From: an uncultured Aliarcobacter sp.
Lineage (GTDB): Bacteria; Campylobacterota; Campylobacteria; Campylobacterales; Arcobacteraceae
Assembly (NCBI GenBank): GCA_963677435.1
Contig: OY781945.1
Location: forward strand, 160,001 to 224,000
Length of the DNA stretch: 64,000 nt
Direction: 5' to 3'
In this document: positions 1 to 10,172 of the stretch, in pieces
Layout of the letters: every line of letters begins with the position of its first letter
Position numbering within the stretch: position 1 is the first letter of the stretch
The notes under the pieces: generated by a model
Databases searched by the model: none
What the model saw: the letters and a program-made list of their open reading frames with translations, nothing else
What the model was told of the DNA's origin: nothing
Program-made: the position numbers and the translations under genes

Positions 1-1150
1 TATTAAGGTCTGTATACATTGAACTTTTATCACTTGCAGTTACTCCTCCACAATAAAGTTCTCCTTTTATTGATACCCCACAAGTACCATGGTAAACTGT
101 ACTAAAAAAATCAACAAACTTAGGTCGTAATGGTGAAGAAAAATAGTTTTTATCATCTAATGCACTATTATATGTTTTAACCTTTGCTCTTACAAGTCCT
201 GTAATTACTGGATATCTATTTGAAGAACCAGTATTTCCACTACCTTTTGTATATTTTTCTATATCTATTCCCGTTACTTTATTTGCATTATTTCCCCAAG
301 TATAAATATCTCCATTTACAATCATCCCACCTGCTCTTCTTGTAAATTGAATTACAGTTTTCCCAATATCTCTTGTTTTAGAATTTACTTTAATAATACC
401 ATTACTATTTCCAAGATTTATGTATTCACCAGCTGTATCTTCTGCTTTGTGAATAATTGTTTCACCTGAATATAAAACATTCTTATTAAGCATTAAAGCC
501 TTAAATTCATCTGTTTTATTCCCATTTAAATCTAACATATTTACATTCTCATCAACAATTAAATCTTTGTTTATTGAGAATTTATATTTTCCTGATTCGT
601 ACCAATGAAGAATGTTATTTGTATCTAAATAATATTTACCTGAAGCAGTACCAATTGCTGTATTTTTTGTTGTTGTAATACTGTTTTTATTTGTATATAT
701 AAATTTTTCTTTTGTTGATAAAATAATTTCAACATTATTATTATTTATACCCATAGGTGCTTTTGTATTTACCCTATTTGTATTTGTATAATAATAATCA
801 TATAAATTTGATTTTAATTTTAAATCTGTTGTCAAAAAATTTTCAAGTTCATGTTTATCATCTTTTATATCAAGGGGCAAAATATTTTCATCAATTTTTA
901 ATTTCATTTGTTTACCAAAAGGATTAATTTCATTAAATCCCTTTGGTAAATAATTTGCATTTTTTAATTCTAAAATTGTTGTAGGATTTACCCCTTTATC
1001 TAAAATATATTTTTTATAAGCTGTTGCGATTTCTTCTTCTTTTTGTACAAGTTTTTTGATTTTTGTTAAAGTTAATGAATCAATATAATTATCACTTGCA
1101 AAAATATTCAAAGAAAGAAAAAATAAAATTAATATTCTAAATGAAAACAC
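1..1150 (-). CDS. Large exported PilV-like adhesin with RCC1-like repeats (truncated by window edge; not in ORF track)
   Basis: GTG at 1148-1150 overlaps the upstream TAG. My translation begins MFSFRILILFFLSLNIFASDNYIDSLTLTKIKKLVQKEEEIATAYKKYILDKGVNPTTILELKNANYLPKGFNEINPFGKQM and later reads GGMIVNGDIYTWGNN...GELYCGG; paralogous to the 6774 protein. Confidence 0.85.
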   Translation of the reverse strand, partial: MFSFRILILFFLSLNIFASDNYIDSLTLTKIKKLVQKEEEIATAYKKYILDKGVNPTTILELKNANYLPKGFNEINPFGKQMKLKIDENILPLDIKDDKHELENFLTTDLKLKSNLYDYYYTNTNRVNTKAPMGINNNNVEIILSTKEKFIYTNKNSITTTKNTAIGTASGKYYLDTNNILHWYESGKYKFSINKDLIVDENVNMLDLNGNKTDEFKALMLNKNVLYSGETIIHKAEDTAGEYINLGNSNGIIKVNSKTRDIGKTVIQFTRRAGGMIVNGDIYTWGNNANKVTGIDIEKYTKGSGNTGSSNRYPVITGLVRAKVKTYNSALDDKNYFSSPLRPKFVDFFSTVYHGTCGVSIKGELYCGGVTASDKSSMYTDLN

Positions 1151-1641
1151 TATTTAATCTCCTTTGGCATTGATATATAATCCACAAAATAAATAGTCTC
1201 ATTTTGATCGTGTTTTTTGATTTTTCCAATATATGATAAAATTCCCAAAGCAGCTTGTAATCCATTCTCACTTTGAGCTGTTACTTGTGTTACAATTAAA
1301 TATCTATCAACACACATTTTTTTTGAATCTAGATATTTTAGCTGATAGTCAAACACTGACATTCTTGAAAAAATATCTTTCACTTTTGTTTCAAGTTCAT
1401 CTTTATTTATATACTCTTTTTCAACTGTTTCTATTTTCTTTTTTGATAACTCAACTTGTTTTTTTAAATTATCTGTTTGCGCTTTTTTTTCTTGTAATAC
1501 AATAGTTAAACTATCTTTTTCATAAGCGATTTTGAAATAAAGTACAGTTTTATATATTAAAAATCCAACTGAATATACTACTAAAGTAAATATACAAATT
1601 TTAGTAATTTTAGAGAGAGTTTTATTACTTATACTAATCAT
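1150..1641 (-). CDS. Bitopic inner-membrane type IV filament assembly protein (PilN/PilO-like position)
   Basis: N-terminal TM helix, coiled coil, small C-terminal domain; translationally coupled in the pilus operon. Confidence 0.55.
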   Translation of the reverse strand: MISISNKTLSKITKICIFTLVVYSVGFLIYKTVLYFKIAYEKDSLTIVLQEKKAQTDNLKKQVELSKKKIETVEKEYINKDELETKVKDIFSRMSVFDYQLKYLDSKKMCVDRYLIVTQVTAQSENGLQAALGILSYIGKIKKHDQNETIYFVDYISMPKEIK

Positions 1642-2393
1642 TTTAAAACCTCATTTTTATTGCTAATACATTGGGTTAACTCTAAGTATTCTTTTTCACT
1701 CTTATTTAATAAAATCTCTTGTCTTTTTGCTAATTGGCCTTCAATTCTAATTTCTTGATTTAAATTATCTAAAGATTGCTGTTCAAACAATTTTGAAGTT
1801 AATAATTCTAATCCAAAAAATATTGTCCAAAAAACAAAACCTAATATAAAAATTGAATAAAACATTTTTACACTATGTGATTTAAAAGTATCAAGTTCAT
1901 TAAGTGGTTTTACTAAGTCATTAATTTCCCCTAATGATTTAGCAACTACTTCATTTTTTTCATTTTTTGTATTTTGTCTTAAAATATTTTCAACGGCACT
2001 TTTATATTTTGAATTTATTACATAATATATATTTTCAATTGCTCCACCACTTGAAAGCATTGCAATATGTTTTGTAATTAATATAGATTTTATCATATCA
2101 TCTGTAATAAAGTTTTGGTTTATTTTTGCTGAATATACAGTTTTGTGATTAAATAAAATCACATACTCATTTTCTGCAATATGTATCAAAAACTGATTTC
2201 TTCCCAAATGTTTTTTTGATAAAAGATTTAAAGAATATACTTCTTCATTTGTATCATATTTAGAAAGAAATACACTATATTTTTTAAAAGAGTTATATGT
2301 AAACATATTTTGCTCAGAAGCAAACTCATCATTTAAATAAAATGTTTCATTTAAATCTTTTGATGCAAAATCTGTTATTACTAATCGTACCAT
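1638..2393 (-). CDS. Bitopic assembly protein (GspL/BfpC-like: cytoplasmic domain + TM + short periplasmic helix)
   Basis: About 175-aa soluble N-terminus, TM MFYSIFILGFVFWTIFFGL, coiled coil; directly follows the ATPase. Confidence 0.5.
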   Translation of the reverse strand: MVRLVITDFASKDLNETFYLNDEFASEQNMFTYNSFKKYSVFLSKYDTNEEVYSLNLLSKKHLGRNQFLIHIAENEYVILFNHKTVYSAKINQNFITDDMIKSILITKHIAMLSSGGAIENIYYVINSKYKSAVENILRQNTKNEKNEVVAKSLGEINDLVKPLNELDTFKSHSVKMFYSIFILGFVFWTIFFGLELLTSKLFEQQSLDNLNQEIRIEGQLAKRQEILLNKSEKEYLELTQCISNKNEVLK

Positions 2394-4072
2394 ACTTCCT
2401 CCCCTCTAATGATTGCAATTGCATCATCTTTTGTAATAAGTCCTTCATGATATTGAGCCATACAAGCTTTTTCTACAGTCATATATTCAGCAGGGTTTTC
2501 AAAATCTCCACCATGACCTATTTTAAACCTTACAACCTCAGCAATAGGTACCCTGTCTTTAAATCCTGTATGGTTACACTCATCACAACCAACTTTTTTA
2601 AATCCACCTTCTCCATCTTCTTCTTTACAAAATTTGCATAACTTTCTAACTAATCTTTGAGATACAATTCCTCTTAAGTTATCTATAATATCCCCTTCAT
2701 TAATTCCAAGAGAACTTGTCATCCTAGATACCGTTGCAGGTGCAGAGTTTGTATGCATTGTAGAGAATACTAACTGACCTAAGTTTGATGCATTTACAAG
2801 TTGTGAAGCCGTTTGAGGCTCTCTTGTTTCCCCAATCAGAATAATATTTGAATCTTGTCTTAAGATATCAACAACAGCTTCAGGGTAACCATATTTAAAT
2901 TCATCACTTGCACTTGCAAACTCAGATAAATCAATTTGGAAAAATGATTCATCCACATACTCAACAGGATCTTCAATAGTAATAACATATTGTTGTTGTT
3001 TTGCCAATTGTTGTAAAAGTGCATACATCAAGTGAGTTTTCCCTGATCCAACTTGACCTGTAATTAATATCATTCCATTTGCATATTTTGTTAAATTTGA
3101 TAAGATATCAACTGTTTCTTGTGGATAATTTAATCCTCTCAAGTTGTGTGAAACAACTCCTCGTCCACCAATCATCCTCATAACTAATGAAAAATTTAAT
3201 TTTGAGTTTATAAGCCCAAGTCTAAATTTAATATTTTTTTTACCATATTCATAATTTATAACCCCATTGATTGATTCATAATCTGAATCTTCTTGGTCAG
3301 CCATGGTTACCAATCTTCTTTTGATAGTTTTAGCAATTGTTATTGGCATTGTTCCCATATCAACTTTGATACCATCTATTCTAAACCATAAAGATGCATA
3401 TCTACTTGTTTTTTGAATATGTATATCAGATGCTCCAAGTAAAATAGCTTGTCCCATCATTTTGTCAAAATATTTATTTATCTCTTCATCATTTTCTGTG
3501 TCACTATTTGAATTAAAGATAATCTCTCTATCTTCCCCAAATACAGAAGATAAAACACCCTCTCCTAAAACAACTATTTTTGTAAAATAAAATTTACTCA
3601 AAACTTCAAAATCAAGATTTACAACATCTCTTATACCTAAAACTTTGTTTTTTATTTTTTTGTCTTCTAATGTAATTATATACATCGTTGTACATAGTTC
3701 TAGTTTCTTTTCATCTAATTGAAATGATGTATCTTGATAATGTTTTGACAATTCATTATAACTAGCATAATATTCATAACCTAAAGTTTTTACGAATTGT
3801 TCATATTTCTCTTCATTTGCCATTAAATCACCGTATCCACCTTTTAGCTGGAACTTCTCTTTAATAACATCTTCAATTAATATTGCAAGTTGAGTATCTA
3901 TATCTTCACTTTTTCCTAAAAATTCTAAAAATTTATTTTTTTGCTTCTCAAAAATAGCTTTATAATCTGTAGTTTTTGAGATTAGATGTTTTTTATTCTT
4001 TTGATTATTCTGATTTTTCAAAAAAGAAAATTTAGGGACATTTTTAAATGTAGCAAGAATTTTTTTAATCAT
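2381..4072 (-). CDS. PilB/GspE-family assembly ATPase
   Basis: ASDIHI, FRIDG, Walker A GQVGSGKT, Asp box TIEDPVE, Walker B LRQDSNIILIGETRE, His box STMHTNS, CxxC...CxxC zinc motif. Confidence 0.95.
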   Translation of the reverse strand: MIKKILATFKNVPKFSFLKNQNNQKNKKHLISKTTDYKAIFEKQKNKFLEFLGKSEDIDTQLAILIEDVIKEKFQLKGGYGDLMANEEKYEQFVKTLGYEYYASYNELSKHYQDTSFQLDEKKLELCTTMYIITLEDKKIKNKVLGIRDVVNLDFEVLSKFYFTKIVVLGEGVLSSVFGEDREIIFNSNSDTENDEEINKYFDKMMGQAILLGASDIHIQKTSRYASLWFRIDGIKVDMGTMPITIAKTIKRRLVTMADQEDSDYESINGVINYEYGKKNIKFRLGLINSKLNFSLVMRMIGGRGVVSHNLRGLNYPQETVDILSNLTKYANGMILITGQVGSGKTHLMYALLQQLAKQQQYVITIEDPVEYVDESFFQIDLSEFASASDEFKYGYPEAVVDILRQDSNIILIGETREPQTASQLVNASNLGQLVFSTMHTNSAPATVSRMTSSLGINEGDIIDNLRGIVSQRLVRKLCKFCKEEDGEGGFKKVGCDECNHTGFKDRVPIAEVVRFKIGHGGDFENPAEYMTVEKACMAQYHEGLITKDDAIAIIRGEEVWYD

Positions 4073-4083
4073 ATTTCATCTTC

Positions 4084-5100
4084 TTACTTATATAGAGTTT
4101 TAAAGGTAAATGTACTAATAACTAAATTAATAATATCAGAACCAATAATAACCGTAACTAACATAGCAACCATCCAAAACATGAATTTCCATTGTAAAAC
4201 CATATAATTAATATTTTTCTCATACATAGTGTCACAAGTTTGATATAAAGCTTTTGTAACTTCTGAGAAACTAGTTTTACTTAGTTCTGATAGTTTTATA
4301 TCTGCTGTTATGATTGCTGGAAAATTATATTTTTCAAATACAATAAATAACTTCTTATTTCTGTTTATAATGTCAGCTAATTCATAGAAAAATGGTCTTA
4401 ATCCCTCTTTAAAATAGTCCTTTGATAAAATTAATGAAGTTTTATGAAATGAAATACCAGCACTTAACATACCATTTAAAATTCTAAACATAAATCTTCC
4501 ATCTGAAAATGCTTGTGTTTTAAAAACTTTATATAACCAAGCTGGTTTATACTTTTCACAATAAACATATCCAAAAAAGATAAATGCAGTCACAAATATT
4601 GATACTCCTAAACCTGTATATGCAATTTCATAAGTAAAATATTTTGGTATTCCCAAAAATTGCTCAACATCAGGATTCATTTTTCTTAACTGAACTAAAT
4701 CTTTTTGTAACATATCAAGATACAAAATCAAAGCATAAAATGTTCCTATAACTATTGATAAAGGAACAAAAATTGGATTTATCATTTTTAATAATAGATT
4801 TGAATTTGCTTTTTTAAAAGACAATACTAGCTTTAGCCCATCAATTGTACTTGTACTATTTACAACTAAACTAAATTGGAAACTATTTAGAAATTTATGT
4901 TTATGCAAAATTGCTTCAAGTTTATGTTTACCTATTTCCATATCTTTTATTGCAGCCATTAATCTTTTTTTAAAATTAGTCTCTCTTGAAATTTGTTCAC
5001 TGTACAATAATAATGCTCTTCTTGTATTTGAACCATTTTCTAATTTTGTAACTAGATAATCTAATAAAAACTGCTCATATGGATCAGCAAACATACTCAT
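4084..5100 (-). CDS. PilC/GspF-family inner-membrane platform protein
   Basis: Three TM segments, two helical repeats (KLENGS...; GMLSAGISF); lies between secretin and ATPase. Confidence 0.8.
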   Translation of the reverse strand: MSMFADPYEQFLLDYLVTKLENGSNTRRALLLYSEQISRETNFKKRLMAAIKDMEIGKHKLEAILHKHKFLNSFQFSLVVNSTSTIDGLKLVLSFKKANSNLLLKMINPIFVPLSIVIGTFYALILYLDMLQKDLVQLRKMNPDVEQFLGIPKYFTYEIAYTGLGVSIFVTAFIFFGYVYCEKYKPAWLYKVFKTQAFSDGRFMFRILNGMLSAGISFHKTSLILSKDYFKEGLRPFFYELADIINRNKKLFIVFEKYNFPAIITADIKLSELSKTSFSEVTKALYQTCDTMYEKNINYMVLQWKFMFWMVAMLVTVIIGSDIINLVISTFTFKTLYK

Positions 5101-5102
5101 TA

Positions 5103-6761
5103 TTAAAAGCCTTTTATGTTTTTAAGAGTTACAATATAAACTATTTCTCTTCTAACATAAGATTTTGAATCTGTACCACCTATTGCAAATCCTTCAACAG
5201 GTAAAACACCTTGATAATTTTTAGTATCATCATGCACAATAATTGATCCAACTATTGATGTTTCGCCAAGTCTTATTTCTCTTGAAATATTATAACTTTG
5301 GTCATTATATTGAGGTAATTTTATTGTAGTTCCATCGATACTTACTTGATCAAACTCTATAAGTTTTTTAATTGTTGGTGAAATATTTAAAAATACTTTA
5401 TCTCTAGATATTTTAGCCATTGCTGTAATTGAAGTTCCCTCTTTTAGAGTATTAACCGTAACATCAGATGTTCTTGTATTTGTATCAGAATCAACTGTTG
5501 TTTCGATTTTTTCCACATAATCTGTATTTTGTGTTATTGATTGAACAGTTGGGATATTATTTTTTAGAACTAAAACATTTTTACTATAGTTTAATATTTT
5601 TCCAATTGCATTATTTGCAGTTGCTGTTACTTGAAGAAGTCTTGAAGCATTATCACTTGTAAAACTAAATGCACCATTTTCTCCTAAATTTCTAATAACT
5701 CCTTTTCCTGAATTCGTTTGCCTATCATCAGATATTGTTCCTATTCCATACTCTCTATTTTTATTTAAAAGAAGTTCTACTCTTTCAAACTCAATTACAG
5801 CTTCTTTTGCAAATGATGCTTCATAAGCTTTTGCAATAGTTCTAACTGCACTTTCTACAGAAGTTGTTGATTTTAAGAAAATTAATCCACTGGCTTTATC
5901 AATGTGATATGTTGATATCTTATCTGTTGATATAATATTCTTTAACATTTTATCTAACTCATCATATAGGGCTATTTGAGAGTTGTTTTCAACTTTACTC
6001 TCTCCTGTTGATTCTTGGTTAGAAGTTTGACTTGATGATTTCATATCTAATAATGGAATATTTAATTCAATTACAATATCTTTATATCTTGCGATATTTA
6101 TTACTTCTTTATCATAATCAATATCTACAAAAACATCTTTTGCATGTGATAGTGAGTTTAGAGCATCTTTTAAGTTTTTTGAACTAATACTAATTATACT
6201 ATTTTGAAAATCATCTCTATTATCTATATAACTTCCAATATTTACTTCATATCCAGAAGCAGCTGTTATTAATTTTATTAACTCTTCCACCGAAATTTGA
6301 CCATCAAGAATAAAAGGAATATGTTCTATTGATTGTTTTTTTGTTTCACTTGTACTTAAAAGTTGAACTAAATATATTGAGCCACTTTTTTTAATAAATA
6401 GTTCTTTATCTAGTACTGCATTTAAATATTGATTTAATTCAACAATATTATGTATTTTTATTCTGCTTTTAGGAATTAAAATATCACTACTTTTTAAATA
6501 ATAAAAATTACCATCTAATATTTCCATCTCTTTTAAAATGTCACCTAATGATTTATCATCCAAAATACTGATGTACTCTTTTTTTACTTCTTTTTCATTT
6601 ACTAAAGAGCCAGAATACGATTCCTGTAAACTTTTATACTCTTTTTTGTCAAGAGAGTTTTTTGTATTTGCAATCATTTCTTCATGATAACTTTTTGAGC
6701 TACAACCAGAAAGAAGTAGAGTCAAAATTGTAAAAGATAAAAGATTTCTATATTTTTTCAA
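5103..6761 (-). CDS. Lipoprotein secretin (PilN/BfpB/MshL-like)
   Basis: Lipobox LLLSGC, SGLI motif, C-terminal IKLPQ...IRLGETSIVGSI...RREIVYIVT secretin-type ending. Confidence 0.85.
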   Translation of the reverse strand: MKKYRNLLSFTILTLLLSGCSSKSYHEEMIANTKNSLDKKEYKSLQESYSGSLVNEKEVKKEYISILDDKSLGDILKEMEILDGNFYYLKSSDILIPKSRIKIHNIVELNQYLNAVLDKELFIKKSGSIYLVQLLSTSETKKQSIEHIPFILDGQISVEELIKLITAASGYEVNIGSYIDNRDDFQNSIISISSKNLKDALNSLSHAKDVFVDIDYDKEVINIARYKDIVIELNIPLLDMKSSSQTSNQESTGESKVENNSQIALYDELDKMLKNIISTDKISTYHIDKASGLIFLKSTTSVESAVRTIAKAYEASFAKEAVIEFERVELLLNKNREYGIGTISDDRQTNSGKGVIRNLGENGAFSFTSDNASRLLQVTATANNAIGKILNYSKNVLVLKNNIPTVQSITQNTDYVEKIETTVDSDTNTRTSDVTVNTLKEGTSITAMAKISRDKVFLNISPTIKKLIEFDQVSIDGTTIKLPQYNDQSYNISREIRLGETSIVGSIIVHDDTKNYQGVLPVEGFAIGGTDSKSYVRREIVYIVTLKNIKGF

Positions 6762-6773
6762 AACATTATTTCC

Positions 6774-9700
6774 TTATTTAAAATAAAATGGATAATCAAA
6801 TCCGCCAATATATGTGGGGTATTCTAAAAACAAACTTCCATTATTGTTATACTCATCAAAAGCCATTTGTACATTTTTTTCACTCTCTTGAGAAATAAAT
6901 AATTTATTTATAGTACTTATTTTAGCAACATCATACAAAGAAGTACTTAAAATTGGAATACTTCTTCCAACATTTCCCCAACAATACATTTGAGATGAGC
7001 TTCCAAGGCCAGTCATTGAACAAATATATGGAACAGTTCTAGTATTTGAACCATTTGAACTTGAACCAGCAGATGAACTACTTTTATTTCCTGTAAGAGT
7101 AAATAATATATTATCCACCCCCCATGAAACAGAATCTATATTTGCATCTTTTATATATGCTCCAAATCCTAATTTTATATTTCCAAATTCATCTAAGTTT
7201 TCTGTTCTTGTAAAATGAAATTTTCTATCTTCAGTATTTCCAGTATTATCAATTTTATTTAATTTGCTAGAAGATACATTATCATCCATAGAATATGTTA
7301 AATATTTTGTTCCATTTATAAAAGTGTAAAATCTATCTATTGTATACCAAATATTATATCTCCAGTCATCAATTCTATAAAAATCATACTCAATAGTTAC
7401 CTCTTTATTTGCATACTCTGATCCAAAGCTAAATACTTTATACACTTCTTCTGAACCATCACTTTCCCCTTGATAATTCGATAAACCCCAAGATTTTCTA
7501 TTAAATCTTCCTAAAAATTTTGTTGCTGTTCCACTATCTGTATAAATTGGATAGTTATAAAATGGATCAGAAGTTGAAGTATAAGGAACTGGACCTTTTG
7601 GTACGATCCAATAATCATGATTTGAATTTTCAAAATTTTCAAAATAAGTTCCACTTGAAAAAGTTGCATTATCTATTTGTCTACTAATCCTTATATTATC
7701 GATTCCAAAAGATTCATTTGTATAATCTTCTCCTAAAACTGCACCAAAACCTAAAGTTGATTTTCCATTTGAATCTAATGTTGTACTAAATGTATAACTA
7801 TGTTTTTGTCCCGTTTGATTCCCTGTATTAGATATTATTCCTAAATCAACTCCAGCTTTTGTATCATAAACATTATTACCTGAATACATATCGGATTGAA
7901 CTAAATTATTATTTATATAAACATAAAATTTCTCAGGAAGTCCATTTGGTCCTCTCCATACTGAATCATCCCCATCCCATGAACCTATCTCATACATATC
8001 AAATGTGATTTTTACATTTTGATTTGCCCATGAACTACCTAAACTAAATGTTTTTTTTACAACTTCACTTCCATCATCTGTTGCAATTCTATTTCTTCCC
8101 AACATTCCTAAAAATTTACTAGCAGTTAATCCTCCATCATGAATATAACTTACATTCCATCCAGAAGTTGAGCTATTTTCAAAATTTTCAACATAATCTT
8201 CTCCATAATCAGCCACTGTTTGATTAATTGTTGATCCAAAAATCGAGATATTTGAGAAATTTGCATATAAATTATTATTTATAGTATTTGTTAAACTATT
8301 AAGTTCATTCATAGCTGATGTAAAAACTGCATTTTCACTACTTGAACAGCTATTAAAATCTTTATCTTTGCAATTTAAAAATTCACTAGAAGCTTGAAGT
8401 TGCATATTTTTATCAATATAAATTAATATTTCTTTAGTCCCATAATCATAGATTGAAGCACTTAATGCACTTCCATCAATTCCTAAATCTTTTATACTTA
8501 AATCTGAATAAGTTCTAAAATATCTATTGTCAACACTCTTAAGAACAAACTCTTTGCTATTTACAAAAATTCCATTTTCATTAAATTTTTTTGAATTTGA
8601 TAAAATTATTGGTTTGTTATAAATTGTACCATTTGGTCTTTCTCCCCAAATCCAAAAATAATTTTGTTCATCTAAAGCACCAAAACATTTTATATCTCTT
8701 AATGCGTAAATCTTTTTAAAAACTTGTCCATTTGTATTTATTACCGTTGGTTCACTTACGGATAAAGTATAATTATCATTTCCAATACCTAATGCCCCTT
8801 TTTCATTTGAGCCAACAGTATAAATTTTACCTGAATCTGATAATGCAGCCCAAGTTCCATCAACCATAACTATATCTTTTAAATAAATTGCATTTGAATT
8901 GTAAATTCCATTCTCTTTTCCAGCTGCTACAACTTTATTTTTTCTTAATATAGAAGTTTCTGTTTGTCCATTTGTATCCAAATAAAAACTATCTGAATTA
9001 ACTGAACCATTACAATATAAATCTCCACCATATTTTTTTGTTGTACCTGCTTCATAATAATCAAAAATAGGAGATATACCACAAACATTTTTATTATTCA
9101 TCGCAACTTTTTCAAATTTAACTCTATAAGGATTGTTGTACCATTTTTTACTAATTAAATCTTGACTCTCAATATTTTCAATCTGTACTTTTAACATTAC
9201 AGGAGTATTTACATAATCTGGCTTTAAATTAGTATCCATCTGACCATAATTTTCAATTCCAGCTTTTTTATATTTATTATCACCCCAACAAAAGATATCC
9301 CCATTTGCAAGCATACAGCCACCATTTATTCTTAAAACTAAATCTTTTGAATCGGGGATGTAAGATAAAATTCTATCAGCAATACTCAACTCACTATCAT
9401 TTTGAGTTAGTGCATCACCCATTCCTGATGGTACCCAATTTTGTGTATCCACATCACCTTGATAATAATATTCATACCAAGAATTATTTTTTTTAACAAA
9501 TGCTTTATCTCCTATATTTGCTTTTACGAATTGCAAGTCATCCCAATTTTCAAGATAAATAGGAGCATCTTGGTATACATCAAATGAATATGTACTTCTA
9601 CAATATTTATATGTTAGTTTTCCATTATTCAACTGATAAAAATAATTATCAGTTGTACACTGTTGATTTGATTGTTTTATATCTTTGTGGTTTGTTTCGT

Positions 9701-10172
9701 TTAAAATTGAAACAATCTGCTTTTGTATATCATTGTATAAAACCTGAGAGCCTATAACTAATTTTTCTTTTGTTATATTTGAAGGAGGTATTGTATTTAC
9801 TCTAAATACTTTATTTATGTAAAAATTATATAAATAATTATACTCAGAATTATAATCCTTCTGATCTTCGATAACTCCCTGAATATAGGCACTATTTTTA
9901 TTATCAAAAGTAACTTTTATATTTTTAGATGTAATGGGATTAAGTTTATTAAAATTAACCCCTAGATATTCTGCTGTTTCTAATTTTTCCCAATCTAAAC
10001 TTTTATCACTTAATTTTGGAATAGTTGCCGTTTGTGCAATATATTTATTTATTGCCAAAGATATATATTCCTCTTTTTGAATAACATCTTTTATATTATT
10101 CATTAAAGATATATTTTCACTTGAAGAAAAAGAAAAATTTATAAAAATTAGTAAAAGAATTAGAGTTTTGAT
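6774..10172 (-). CDS. Large exported PilV-like adhesin: N-module + RCC1-like propeller + two tandem beta-rich domains
   Basis: The ORF track starts at ATG 10103, but the frame is open to ATC 10172, adding a signal-peptide-like IKTLILLLIFINFSFSS; RCC1-like motifs GDIFCWGDN, GKIYTVGSNEKGALGIG, MYCWGN. Confidence 0.8.
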   Translation of the reverse strand: MKTLILLLIFINFSFSSSENISLMNNIKDVIQKEEYISLAINKYIAQTATIPKLSDKSLDWEKLETAEYLGVNFNKLNPITSKNIKVTFDNKNSAYIQGVIEDQKDYNSEYNYLYNFYINKVFRVNTIPPSNITKEKLVIGSQVLYNDIQKQIVSILNETNHKDIKQSNQQCTTDNYFYQLNNGKLTYKYCRSTYSFDVYQDAPIYLENWDDLQFVKANIGDKAFVKKNNSWYEYYYQGDVDTQNWVPSGMGDALTQNDSELSIADRILSYIPDSKDLVLRINGGCMLANGDIFCWGDNKYKKAGIENYGQMDTNLKPDYVNTPVMLKVQIENIESQDLISKKWYNNPYRVKFEKVAMNNKNVCGISPIFDYYEAGTTKKYGGDLYCNGSVNSDSFYLDTNGQTETSILRKNKVVAAGKENGIYNSNAIYLKDIVMVDGTWAALSDSGKIYTVGSNEKGALGIGNDNYTLSVSEPTVINTNGQVFKKIYALRDIKCFGALDEQNYFWIWGERPNGTIYNKPIILSNSKKFNENGIFVNSKEFVLKSVDNRYFRTYSDLSIKDLGIDGSALSASIYDYGTKEILIYIDKNMQLQASSEFLNCKDKDFNSCSSSENAVFTSAMNELNSLTNTINNNLYANFSNISIFGSTINQTVADYGEDYVENFENSSTSGWNVSYIHDGGLTASKFLGMLGRNRIATDDGSEVVKKTFSLGSSWANQNVKITFDMYEIGSWDGDDSVWRGPNGLPEKFYVYINNNLVQSDMYSGNNVYDTKAGVDLGIISNTGNQTGQKHSYTFSTTLDSNGKSTLGFGAVLGEDYTNESFGIDNIRISRQIDNATFSSGTYFENFENSNHDYWIVPKGPVPYTSTSDPFYNYPIYTDSGTATKFLGRFNRKSWGLSNYQGESDGSEEVYKVFSFGSEYANKEVTIEYDFYRIDDWRYNIWYTIDRFYTFINGTKYLTYSMDDNVSSSKLNKIDNTGNTEDRKFHFTRTENLDEFGNIKLGFGAYIKDANIDSVSWGVDNILFTLTGNKSSSSAGSSSNGSNTRTVPYICSMTGLGSSSQMYCWGNVGRSIPILSTSLYDVAKISTINKLFISQESEKNVQMAFDEYNNNGSLFLEYPTYIGGFDYPFYFK
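7098..8195 (-). repeat. Two tandem ~170-180 aa intragenic domain repeats
   Basis: YVENFENS...KFLG...DGSEVVKKTFS...LGFGA...GIDNI versus YFENFENS...KFLG...DGSEEVYKVFS...LGFGA...GVDNI. Confidence 0.85.

Noticed and set aside
7118..7123. Poly-C/G tract as a phase-variation switch in the adhesin
   Set aside because: Only 6 nt, in frame (Trp-Gly-Val); too short for typical slipped-strand switching
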